64,000 nucleotides of DNA from an uncultured Gemmatimonadota bacterium (GTDB lineage Bacteria; JAAXHH01), in assembly GCA_951812955.1 (NCBI GenBank), contig OX638340.1, forward strand, positions 3,488,001-3,552,000, written 5' to 3'. Positions 26,309 to 34,805 of this stretch are shown here, one piece after another. The notes under the pieces were generated by a model. That model was not told the origin of the DNA and ran no database searches. It worked only from the letters and a program-made list of their open reading frames with translations. Within the stretch, counting starts at the first letter, position 1, and every line of letters starts with the position of its first letter. A program made the position numbers and the translations under genes.

Positions 26309-27445
26309 ACGGGTAACAGACTGCTGTTGTCGTTTCTGATCTTCAGCATGTTGTTTTTTGCTGTGGCGCTGCTTGTGCGGAATGATCCGGAGCCTGATTC
26401 AGGAGTGGAAGAGCGCCAGGACGCACATCAGGACGTAGGTCAGGACGTGCGTCAGGTATCATCAGTCGTTGAGCCTGCGACGCAGGTCGCTGCCGTCGAT
26501 CCGCGGATTGGCGCCGAAGCCGGCTCCGTGATCCCTTCAGCGATTGATTCCGAAGCCGGCTCCGTGATCCCTTCCGCGATTGACTCCGAGGCCGAAGCCA
26601 CGGCCACGTCGGCATCCGCATACGCTTCCTCGACGGTGCGTAGGGACCGTCCCGTGGACCATTCTATCCTCGGAAGCTTCGATTTCGAAGAGCCGGCTAG
26701 ACATTTTAAGCTGCCGAAGCGGATACGGGAGATTTCCGGTCTGGCCATGCTCGCGGGGGATCGGCTTCTGGCCCACGACGACGAAAAAGGCGTGGTAGTA
26801 GAAATCGATCATCGCGACGGTTCGATCGTAAAGGATTTCAAACTCGGCGGTCCGCGTGGCCTGGTCGCCGACGACCTCGAAGGCATCGCCGCCGCCGATG
26901 GCAGCCTGTACCTTGTCTCGAGTTCGGGCCGGCTGTACGAGTTCGGCGAAGGCGCCGACGGAGCGACCGTTTTCTACAATCGGTACGAGACTGGCATTGG
27001 CCGATTTTACGAAATCGAGGGACTTGCATACGATCCGGATCAGCGTATGCTGTTGCTCGTCAGCAAGAACCCGAAAAACTCCGGGCAGGCGGACTTGATC
27101 GCGCTATACCGCTGGTCGCTTGATACCCGTCGGCTCGTCGAAGACGGACATACCTTCATTGAGACCTCCGCGCTCGCGCACCGTATCGGCCGCAAGAAGT
27201 TTCAGCCTTCCGGCATCGAACGGCATCCGGTATCGGGAAACTACATTGTCGTAGCGGCCCGCCAGCGCGCCGTTGCCGAGATTACCCCCCAGGGAACGGT
27301 CCTTGCCGTACGTGAGCTGAAGGCCGGCCGGCATCGGCAGGCCGAGGGCATCTCATTTGCTTCCGATCATACCATGGTCATAGCGGATGAAGGGGCGGGG
27401 AAGCGCGCGACCCTGAGTTTCTACCCCGTAGTAAAGGAAAGATAA
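26300..27445 (+). CDS. SdiA-regulated/YjiK-like beta-propeller domain protein with an N-terminal membrane anchor
   Basis: The N-terminus MSATGNRLLLSFLIFSMLFFAVALLV is paralogous to that of gene 24102. Internal 36-nt duplication encodes EAGSVIPSAIDS twice. Family-like motifs EIEGLAYDP and HPVSGNYIVVAARQRAV. Confidence 0.5.
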   Translation: MSATGNRLLLSFLIFSMLFFAVALLVRNDPEPDSGVEERQDAHQDVGQDVRQVSSVVEPATQVAAVDPRIGAEAGSVIPSAIDSEAGSVIPSAIDSEAEATATSASAYASSTVRRDRPVDHSILGSFDFEEPARHFKLPKRIREISGLAMLAGDRLLAHDDEKGVVVEIDHRDGSIVKDFKLGGPRGLVADDLEGIAAADGSLYLVSSSGRLYEFGEGADGATVFYNRYETGIGRFYEIEGLAYDPDQRMLLLVSKNPKNSGQADLIALYRWSLDTRRLVEDGHTFIETSALAHRIGRKKFQPSGIERHPVSGNYIVVAARQRAVAEITPQGTVLAVRELKAGRHRQAEGISFASDHTMVIADEGAGKRATLSFYPVVKER

Positions 27446-28756
27446 TTGCGAGTTTCGGAAGGCGCGCGGCAGGATATTCGTCCGTCGATCGGGATTCCGC
27501 GGCTGTGCCGGCGTCGTACCGTAATACGAGAAAACAGTCCGGTCCGGCTGCAGGTCTCACGGCGCGTACCGGGATCGTGGCTCGTGCCGGGATCGTGGTT
27601 CTTGCCGGGATCGTGGTTCTTGCCGCTCGTTGTGCTGGCCGTGGTCCTTGCGGGTTGCCGGTCAGGTCGGCTGCTGGGGGAAAACTACGACGCCAGCGGG
27701 GACCCGTTTATCCTCAGGGCCGCCTCCGCGGAAGCCATAGCCGTTGGTCCGGCCGACACGTCCGGTGTCGCATATCGCGTCATCCTGGTCGGCGACACAG
27801 GGGAACCTGTCGAGGAGGATCCCACCCTTGCCGCGATCGGACGCTGGGCGGTTCCGCGCGACCGTGCCGCCGTCGTGTTGCTGGGCGACAATATCTATCC
27901 GTCGGGGCTGGAAGCACATGACAGGGTATGGGGCGAATCCATACTGAGGCAGCAACTCGAGACTACCTCGGCGCTTAGGGTTTTCGTGCCGGGCAATCAC
28001 GATTGGGGTTCCTCTCCGGGAGACTGGTCGGAAGATCGCGTCATTGCGCAACAAGAATTCGTACTGGCCTGGTCCGAGGGCGAAGTGGCCTTTCTACCCC
28101 GCGACGGATGTGCAGGTCCGGCGGTACGCGAACTGCTCCGTCCCGGGGACGGGATGGAACGGGGGATCGCGGTCGTCGCCATCGACTGGATGCCATGGTT
28201 TACTACGGCCGCGGACACGAGCGGATGCCCGCCGGGGGATTTCGGGAAACGGATAGACGACGCCTTCGCGGCGCTGACGAATCATTTCGTAATCGTGGCG
28301 AGTCATTACCCGCTACGATCGGGTGGCGCCCACGCCGGATTGGGCCGCGGACTGCTCATCGACACCCTCGTTAACATTTATCACCTGGTGCGGCCACGAT
28401 CGATCCTCAGGCTGTACCATCCGCGGTATGCGGAATTGGCAAGGCAGGTGAAAGACGCGCTCGAAAGACATCGTCCTCTCGTCTATGCCGCGGGCCACGA
28501 TCACAACTTGCAACTTTTCGAAGGGGATGAAACCGCCCTGATGCACGTCGTGAGCGGATCGGGATCCGCCGGGAAAGTGGAACGTGTGACCGCCGTGCCC
28601 GGGACGATTTTCGCGCACGCGGTTTCCGGATTCGTAGTGCTCGATTTCGTCACCCGCAACGGGATCGGCACCCCCGTAGTACGCGTCGTAAGAACGGAGC
28701 GGGAAACGCCCGTGTTCCAGATGCGCGTTCCGCTGCAGGACGACCGGGACCGGTAA
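27446..28756 (+). CDS. Calcineurin-like metallophosphoesterase lipoprotein (true start uncertain; likely a GTG/TTG inside the 18-bp repeats)
   Basis: Motifs VILVGDTGEP, LLGDNIYPSG, VPGNHDW, AAGHDHNLQ. Lipobox VVLAGC. The listed start at 27446 is TTG immediately after the previous stop. Confidence 0.65.
   Translation: MRVSEGARQDIRPSIGIPRLCRRRTVIRENSPVRLQVSRRVPGSWLVPGSWFLPGSWFLPLVVLAVVLAGCRSGRLLGENYDASGDPFILRAASAEAIAVGPADTSGVAYRVILVGDTGEPVEEDPTLAAIGRWAVPRDRAAVVLLGDNIYPSGLEAHDRVWGESILRQQLETTSALRVFVPGNHDWGSSPGDWSEDRVIAQQEFVLAWSEGEVAFLPRDGCAGPAVRELLRPGDGMERGIAVVAIDWMPWFTTAADTSGCPPGDFGKRIDDAFAALTNHFVIVASHYPLRSGGAHAGLGRGLLIDTLVNIYHLVRPRSILRLYHPRYAELARQVKDALERHRPLVYAAGHDHNLQLFEGDETALMHVVSGSGSAGKVERVTAVPGTIFAHAVSGFVVLDFVTRNGIGTPVVRVVRTERETPVFQMRVPLQDDRDR
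27560..27613. repeat. Three tandem 18-bp units (ACCGGGATCGTGGCTCGT; GCCGGGATCGTGGTTCTT x2) in the 5' region of the metallophosphoesterase gene
   Basis: Read directly. Encodes VPGSWLVPGSWFLPGSWFLP. Confidence 0.7.
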
Positions 28757-28829
28757 CCTGCCCATCCTTGTACGCCGCAACCACTGCTATCATGTGACGA
28801 AGCCCGTTGGGCAGACCACCCGCCCGCAT

Positions 28830-31580
28830 CTAGAACATGAACCCGACGAACAGATACTGGCCGATCTTGTCCTTGCCTTGCATCATCGCCACGCTCAACG
28901 TCGCACGCCGCTCGGCAAAGGAAACCCAGAGCCCGCCGCCCCTGGCGAAATGCCAGTCATCGGCCTCCCGGGGGTCGTCCGCAAAGAATACCCGTCCCGC
29001 GTCGACGGCGGCGAACACGCCGAGTTCACCGGGAACCAGGAACTTGATTCGAGTCAGCCGAAACCGGAACTCGCCGTTCCCGAATACCGCGGAATCCCCC
29101 GCAAATCGATACTTGAGGAATCCCCGCAGGTTGCCGGATCCCCCAATCGCGGCCGCTTCGTGGAAAGGGTACGCTCCAAGGACGGTTATGCCGCCCACGC
29201 GCAGGGCGAGGGTGGGGGAAGCGGGTACGTCAACTGACAGGTAGGTGGACGCCTCGCCGGCAACGTGGCCGAATACCGACTCCACGTCCCAAAGCGCAGG
29301 GTAGAGTTCGCCCGCGAGCCTTAACCGTACGCCCCGCATTGCATGGCCCGGATTGTCGCGGGTATCAAAATCGAGTTCTCCACGAACGCCGATCTGCCCG
29401 AAGCTTCCCGTCCCGTACAGTGGTGTTTCATAGGTGTTGATAAATTTGCCCTCGTTATTGTCCAACAAGGAGTTGGTTATCTTGACGATCGGTCCCCCCG
29501 CCAGATTCCACTTCCCATGAGTCGCCACGGAACCGGAGAAGGATAGCGCGGGCGCGAGAAAAAACTGCGCCTGATCCATCTCGTAGAACGGTTCGTCCTG
29601 CGCGAGGTCCACACCGTTGCCGAAGCCGTTGAAGCGAACCATGTTGATGCCGGAGTATCCCATGTCCAACTGACCGTCCAGGTTACGCAGCAAATGGCGG
29701 AACGTACCGGAATAGGAAACGAAGGGCTTTACTCCTCCCCGGGAGGCGATTCCGATGTCAATAGCATGCCGCGAGGCATACGGATCCTTTCGATAGCCAT
29801 AGTTTAACCGGTTGTAGCGCAGCCCCGTGTAAATCCCGGTATCAGAGGTATAGTTGACGATCGGCTTCGTGCCCGATACGGAGCCCCAGTCGAGTTTGTA
29901 CACGTCCTGCGAAATCGCGCTCTCGTTTCTTGGACGCCTGTACCGGCGCTCGTTGATATGCGCCCTGTTATCGTCGAAGCGGTTCTGCCCGCGCGCGTCG
30001 TAAAACCGCGTCATCCGCCGTCCGGACCGGGACCGGTTCGCGTAGGTGTCGTCACCGCCTCCACCGTCCACGTGAATCCTGATCCCGGCCCGCTCTCCGA
30101 TGACGGCGATCCGATCGTCCCCTCCATGCATGTAGATCCTGACTTCCTTTGTCTCGCGGGGATACAGGATACGGTGGAAGTAGGGGGCATTCTCCGTACC
30201 GGCCAGGCTGATACGAACTTCGAGCGCGCCGTCCTCCCGGTGTTCCAACTCGAGGTGTTCGTCCTCGTCCGTTCCCCTGATCTCGACCTTCCTGCTGATC
30301 AAGCCGTAGTACCGCGCCGCGAACTCGCCGAGTCGATCCCGGCGTACCTTCAACGTCCGGGTAAGGAAGTCCCCCACCTGCCGGTAGTACGGGTCCGGTA
30401 GCCGCCGGACGGCATCCTCGATCACCGGGTTCGACAATTCGGACTGGACCGTGGCGACCACCGCGTCCCACGCGCTCCACTCCAGTTCCGCCAGCAGCCT
30501 GCGGTCCAGTTCCCAGCCCGTGCGGGAGAGTCCCAGATGGTTTGGAAACTTCACCTGAAAGCGGACGAACTTGGGTTCGATACGGCGCACCAGTTTCATC
30601 AATTGGCCATCCAGATCGATAAACGCCTTGTCTCTGTCTTCGGGGACGGGCAACCACGTGTAGCAGTCCCCGACCGGAAACTGCGCCCAGCGCCATTGTC
30701 CCCGGTGCCGGTCCGAATCGCCGATGAGAAAATCGATGAGCCGCGCCTTGAGATAGGCCCGCGCGTCCACGCTTTCGCAGGGCGTCTCCTCGAGGCGTTC
30801 GTACAGTCTCTCCGAGCCGCTCACCCTGCGGGACCCGGCAAACCCCGGCTCGTTACCGGCGGCCTCGGACGGATGTTCCTGCAGGGTACCTATCAGTCCG
30901 GCATATTCCTCGCGAAACGATCCCAGCCTGGGATCATCGGGTATCACCAATAGCTTGTGCGGCGCGTGCAGAATGCCCGTTGCCTCCATCAGAGCATCCA
31001 CCACAAGGCCCGCCGCCGGCAGATGGGCGCTCACGAGATCCTGGATCACGTCCTCGACGACGGTGTCCTTGAGCTCCTCCAACAGCCGCTTGGACGGATC
31101 CTTGTCGATGGAGCGCACCGTGTAACGGCGGCCGTCATTGCCAATAAAGTGCAATGAAATGGACTGGCCGGCGCCGCCCGGCCGCATGGGCGACAATCCG
31201 CCGCCAACTTCATCGAGATCGAGGACCGGAAGCTCGACCGGTGTCGTCCAAAGCTGCCGGTAGTTTTTGCCATAAACCCACTGTCCGTAACTACTTGCCC
31301 TGAATCTTCCTCCCGGTACGGCCGTATGCGTCGAGTCGCCCATCTCGGGGATTGAACGGTGAATCAACTGACCAGCCCGGTTCGCCTCGCTTGCTTGGCC
31401 TTCTTGACCTGCCTGGCCTGGCTGATCTGCTTGATCTGTCTGGCCTGTCTGACCTGCCTGCCCTTCCTGGCCTGCCTGCGCCGCTGCCGAATCAGTACCC
31501 GCAAAAGACAGAACGATTACAGGGAGAGCAATGATCCACCAAAACTTGCAGGGATGGAACAAGCGCACGTTGAGGTTCAT
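28830..31580 (-). CDS. Outer-membrane protein: signal peptide, Q/G-rich repeats, a central domain with a PI3/PI4-kinase-like D..IGDSDRH motif, C-terminal Omp85/surface-antigen-like beta-barrel
   Basis: Start taken as the ATG at 31580 with AGGAGA RBS. Signal MNLNVRLFHPCKFWWIIALPVIVLSFAGTDSAAAQA. Repeat AGQEGQAGQTGQTDQADQPGQAGQEGQ. Motif LIDFLIGDSDRHRGQWRW. The C-terminus has alternating beta-strands and ends ...YLFVGFMF. Confidence 0.5.
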   Translation of the reverse strand: MNLNVRLFHPCKFWWIIALPVIVLSFAGTDSAAAQAGQEGQAGQTGQTDQADQPGQAGQEGQASEANRAGQLIHRSIPEMGDSTHTAVPGGRFRASSYGQWVYGKNYRQLWTTPVELPVLDLDEVGGGLSPMRPGGAGQSISLHFIGNDGRRYTVRSIDKDPSKRLLEELKDTVVEDVIQDLVSAHLPAAGLVVDALMEATGILHAPHKLLVIPDDPRLGSFREEYAGLIGTLQEHPSEAAGNEPGFAGSRRVSGSERLYERLEETPCESVDARAYLKARLIDFLIGDSDRHRGQWRWAQFPVGDCYTWLPVPEDRDKAFIDLDGQLMKLVRRIEPKFVRFQVKFPNHLGLSRTGWELDRRLLAELEWSAWDAVVATVQSELSNPVIEDAVRRLPDPYYRQVGDFLTRTLKVRRDRLGEFAARYYGLISRKVEIRGTDEDEHLELEHREDGALEVRISLAGTENAPYFHRILYPRETKEVRIYMHGGDDRIAVIGERAGIRIHVDGGGGDDTYANRSRSGRRMTRFYDARGQNRFDDNRAHINERRYRRPRNESAISQDVYKLDWGSVSGTKPIVNYTSDTGIYTGLRYNRLNYGYRKDPYASRHAIDIGIASRGGVKPFVSYSGTFRHLLRNLDGQLDMGYSGINMVRFNGFGNGVDLAQDEPFYEMDQAQFFLAPALSFSGSVATHGKWNLAGGPIVKITNSLLDNNEGKFINTYETPLYGTGSFGQIGVRGELDFDTRDNPGHAMRGVRLRLAGELYPALWDVESVFGHVAGEASTYLSVDVPASPTLALRVGGITVLGAYPFHEAAAIGGSGNLRGFLKYRFAGDSAVFGNGEFRFRLTRIKFLVPGELGVFAAVDAGRVFFADDPREADDWHFARGGGLWVSFAERRATLSVAMMQGKDKIGQYLFVGFMF

Positions 31581-31909
31581 TTCAGTCTCCTGGTCTATAC
31601 CTTCAAATAGGCTGGATCCAGTTAACATGAATGATCTATGATTCTTGTAGCGTTACGTCCTTACAGTAGTTTAACGTCGACAGGCAACACAGGGAAGTGT
31701 TACTTACAAGCGTACCACAAACACAACATTTTATGAAGACCGGATGAGGTTTGTCGCGCCGATGAGCGGTCTCATGCCCACCTGGCCGCAGGATACGGTG
31801 AAACTTGACCGGGCGTCGCAGACGCCTTTTCTTTGAATACACACCGTTTTCGAACCATCCCGGTGATTTCATGGACAGTCACCGCCAACACCAACACCTG
31901 GAGCGAAAG

Positions 31910-32524
31910 ATGATCGGAAAACTACGCCATGTCGTTTCGCAGTTGATGATGACCTCCATGCCGATACGTATGATCTCCGTGCCACTGCTGCTAACCGGGT
32001 TTATGATGTGGTCGGTTGTTGGCTGCGCGGAGACTGCGCAGGACGCATCGTCGGATCCGCAGGAGGCTCCTCAGCCGCCCGCGATGTCCGCGGTGCCGGA
32101 TGTGCCTGAGGCGGCATCGCCACCGGCCATGCCTTCGCACGAGCCGGTCTACCTCACCTCGGAGGCCACGGAGAGCATGAACCTGCCCTTTTCGGATGCC
32201 GTGCGCACGGGGCACCTGCTGTTCCTCTCCGGCCAGATCGGAATGGTACCCGAAACGAAGGAACTGGCGCCGGGGGGCATACAGGCAGAGGCCCGTCAGA
32301 CCATGGAAAACATAAAGACGGTGCTCGAGGCCAACGGATCCTCCATGGACCGGGTGATCAAGGCGACGGTCATGCTCGCGGACATCTCCGAGTGGCCGGC
32401 ATTCAACGAGGTGTACGTCACGTACTTTCCCGGCCACAAGCCGGCCCGCAGCGCCTTCGCCGGCAGCGGACTGGCCTTCGGCGCGCGGTGCGAAGTCGAG
32501 GTGATCGCCACGGTGGGAGAGTAG
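31910..32524 (+). CDS. ridA: RidA/YjgF (endoribonuclease L-PSP) family protein with an N-terminal lipoprotein-type signal
   Basis: VRTGHLLFLSGQIGMVPETKELAPGGIQAEARQTMENIKTVLEANG...VKATVMLADISEWPAFNEVYVTYF matches RidA-family signatures. Lipobox MWSVVGC. Alternative starts exist at 31871 and 31949. Confidence 0.7.
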   Translation: MIGKLRHVVSQLMMTSMPIRMISVPLLLTGFMMWSVVGCAETAQDASSDPQEAPQPPAMSAVPDVPEAASPPAMPSHEPVYLTSEATESMNLPFSDAVRTGHLLFLSGQIGMVPETKELAPGGIQAEARQTMENIKTVLEANGSSMDRVIKATVMLADISEWPAFNEVYVTYFPGHKPARSAFAGSGLAFGARCEVEVIATVGE

Positions 32525-32525
32525 G

Positions 32526-32555
32526 AAAGATCAATAGCCATGGCCAAAGGAAAGT
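32526..32555. repeat. Left copy of a perfect 30-bp direct repeat AAAGATCAATAGCCATGGCCAAAGGAAAGT
   Basis: Identical to 32941-32970. This copy retains an orphan ATG (32540) opening a 15-codon ORF, MAKGKCGCLPPLCDY. Confidence 0.9.
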
Positions 32556-32940
32556 GTGGATGTTTGCCACCTCTCTGTGATTATTGATTCAGTTAAATGA
32601 TCGTTGAGTGATTCGAGAAAACCACCAATGCGCCGACTAATCATAAACACACATCACTCGTTTCCGGATGGCAATTGGCTAAGCCATATCCAATCTCATC
32701 ACCGGGCTCGGCGAATTGGAACTGATCGAATTCCTATCATCGTTTTTAAATATCGTGAAAGATGCCGTTCAGGCTGGAAAGGCGGTGTATGATATGTCAA
32801 AATCAGGAAAGAAATCCGCACCCAACGAATCGGAACTCGACCGGGAATACAAGTCACTGATGGACGACCATAGGCGGGTACTGCGCAAGATCGAACGCAT
32901 CGTCGACGCGAAGGCGAAAGAGCAAGGTATCTCTTTCAAT
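32556..32940. mobile_element. About 385-bp low-GC insert (415 bp counting one repeat copy) bounded by the perfect 30-bp direct repeats; carries one small ORF
   Basis: GC is roughly 45% versus about 62% in the flanks. The duplicated 30-mer contains the Shine-Dalgarno/ATG/first 5 codons of the ykgJ-like gene. No recombinase is encoded. Confidence 0.35.
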
Positions 32941-32952
32941 AAAGATCAATAG
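32716..32952 (+). CDS. Small hypothetical protein (78 aa, charged/coiled-coil-like) encoded inside the insert
   Basis: ORF MELIEFLSSFLNIVKDAVQAGKAVYDMSKSGKK...; its stop TAG lies inside the right repeat copy. Confidence 0.3.
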   Translation: MELIEFLSSFLNIVKDAVQAGKAVYDMSKSGKKSAPNESELDREYKSLMDDHRRVLRKIERIVDAKAKEQGISFNKDQ

Positions 32953-32970
32953 CCATGGCCAAAGGAAAGT
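32941..32970. repeat. Right copy of the perfect 30-bp direct repeat; contains the functional start (32955) of the ykgJ-like gene
   Basis: Identical to 32526-32555. Confidence 0.9.
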
Positions 32971-33419
32971 ACTGGCACGACGGATTGCAGTTCTCCTGTC
33001 AGGGATGCGGCCACTGCTGCACCTTCCCGGGTGGATTCGTATACGGCAGCGAGAAGGAGTTCCGGCGCATTGCCGAGTACCTGGACCTGCCGTTCGAGAC
33101 CTTCCTGGAACGGTACACGGAAGAAATCGACGGCCATGTCTCCCTGGTGTCCCCGGATAACGGTCCCTGCGTCTTCTATGACGGGGAATGTACCATCTAT
33201 CCGGTGCGTCCGTCCCAGTGCAGCAGCTATCCCTTCTGGCAGGATATCCTGAAGTCGAAACGCCGGTGGGAACGGGAAGCGGAGACGTGCAGGGGCATGG
33301 AAAAGGGGAAGCGCTGGACGCGCAAGGAGATCGAGGTGGAAGCGGCAAGCCGGACGGAGAACCTGATGGCGGCGAAGAAGCGGCCGCAGTCCGAACCGAG
33401 GGAGGACGTACATGGATGA
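32955..33419 (+). CDS. YkgJ-family cysteine-cluster protein (CxxCxxCC motif)
   Basis: FSCQGCGHCCTFPGGFVYGSEKEF ... CVFYDGECTIYPVRPSQCSSYPFW. The stop overlaps the next start (ATGGATGA). Confidence 0.6.
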   Translation: MAKGKYWHDGLQFSCQGCGHCCTFPGGFVYGSEKEFRRIAEYLDLPFETFLERYTEEIDGHVSLVSPDNGPCVFYDGECTIYPVRPSQCSSYPFWQDILKSKRRWEREAETCRGMEKGKRWTRKEIEVEAASRTENLMAAKKRPQSEPREDVHG

Positions 33420-34791
33420 GCGCATCACGGTTGGAAATGATCGCATCGACACGGTCGAAAATGATCGATTCGACGAAGAAACCGGTTCACGGCGGTTTAA
33501 TCGGCGTGGCTTTCTGAAGATCGGCGCCCTGGCCGGGGTCGCGGGCGTGGCTGCTGCGAATTGTAGCGGCCTGGACGGGTCAGGGAGTGATGCGGGAGGT
33601 GATGAAAGCGCCGCGACCGGCGTTTCTTCGGACCCGGAAGCCGTGGCGGCCGATTTGCAGCAAAATGTCTATACACGAATGCTCGGCGTACGGCCCCACA
33701 TCGGCGCGCACTCGCACCTGTCCAGCATGGGAGGTTCCCGCATGCCGCCGGAAGTCATGGAGGCGATGACCGAGGCCAACCGTTTCTTTGTGGATATGGA
33801 AGACCTGCACGTAGCCGCCGGGCGCCGTCTCGCGGAAATCGCGGGCGCCGAGGATGCCCTCGTATCATCCGGCGCCTTCGCCGCGTTGCTTGTAGGCGCG
33901 GCCGGGGTCCTTACCGGGACCGACGAGGAACGCATGGCGGTCCTGCCCCGTCCGACCTGGCCGAAGGTCGAATGCCTTTTTCAAACGCCGCACCGGTTTT
34001 TCTACGACAAGGTCTTTCAATACGCGGGCATGACCCTGGTGGAAGCAGATACCAGGCAGGCGTACGAAGAGGCCATCACGGACCGAACGGCCCTGCTCGT
34101 GGGACTGTCCTTCATCGAGCATCAGAACACGGGGCGGCCGCCGTTTCCCGCGAAGTACCGCCAGCCCACGCCGCCGGAAACGCTCATGCCGGAGGAGATC
34201 ATCGAAATCGGAAAGCGGAAGGGCGTGCCGGTCATGATCGACATGGCTTCCGACGTGCGTCCCATCAGAAACCTGAAGCGCTATATCGAGATGGGGGCCG
34301 ACCTGGTCATCGTCAGCGGCGGCAAGGCGTTGCGGGGCCCCAATTCGTCGGGCATACTGGCAGGCCGCGGAGATCTGATCGAAGCCGCGCGGATGCAGAA
34401 TGCGCCGAACAACGGCATCGGGCGGGGACTCAAGGTCGGCAAGGAGGAGATCATCGGTCTCATCGCCGCGGTGGAGCGGTTCGTCGAGATCGACGAAGAC
34501 GCAATGATCGCAGGTTGGAACCAGAAGGCCCAGTGGCTGGCGGACCAGCTCCAGGATATCTCCGGACTCGAAGCCAGTTACGAGATCAATACGGCCGGGT
34601 ATGCCGACGTGGAACTGATCTGGGACCAGGAGGTCATTCCCCTTTCCCGGGAAGACGTCGACAGCGCGCTTAAGGATGGGACTCCGAGCATCATCTACTA
34701 CGGGGAAGGTATCTGCACCAAGCAGTTCGAAGACGGCGAGGAGGTCCTCGTCGCCAATCGCCTACGGGAACTCTTTACGCAGGGTAGCTGA
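33412..34791 (+). CDS. SelA-like (L-seryl-tRNA(Sec) selenium transferase fold) PLP-dependent enzyme with a twin-arginine (Tat) signal peptide
   Basis: Tat motif SRRFNRRGFLKIGALAGVAGVAAA. SelA-like lysine region DLVIVSGGKALRGPNSSGILAGRGDLIEAAR. GGGAGG RBS. Confidence 0.55.
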   Translation: MDERITVGNDRIDTVENDRFDEETGSRRFNRRGFLKIGALAGVAGVAAANCSGLDGSGSDAGGDESAATGVSSDPEAVAADLQQNVYTRMLGVRPHIGAHSHLSSMGGSRMPPEVMEAMTEANRFFVDMEDLHVAAGRRLAEIAGAEDALVSSGAFAALLVGAAGVLTGTDEERMAVLPRPTWPKVECLFQTPHRFFYDKVFQYAGMTLVEADTRQAYEEAITDRTALLVGLSFIEHQNTGRPPFPAKYRQPTPPETLMPEEIIEIGKRKGVPVMIDMASDVRPIRNLKRYIEMGADLVIVSGGKALRGPNSSGILAGRGDLIEAARMQNAPNNGIGRGLKVGKEEIIGLIAAVERFVEIDEDAMIAGWNQKAQWLADQLQDISGLEASYEINTAGYADVELIWDQEVIPLSREDVDSALKDGTPSIIYYGEGICTKQFEDGEEVLVANRLRELFTQGS

Positions 34792-34805
34792 CGGAAAGGG
34801 CGTAA

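Noticed and set aside
27505-27921. Alternative-frame 138-aa ORF reading through the 18-bp repeats (GIVARAGIVVLAGIVVLAA...)
   Set aside because: It is out of frame with the well-supported metallophosphoesterase motifs that follow and is Arg/Gly-rich. The repeat region is instead treated as the uncertain 5' end of gene 27446.
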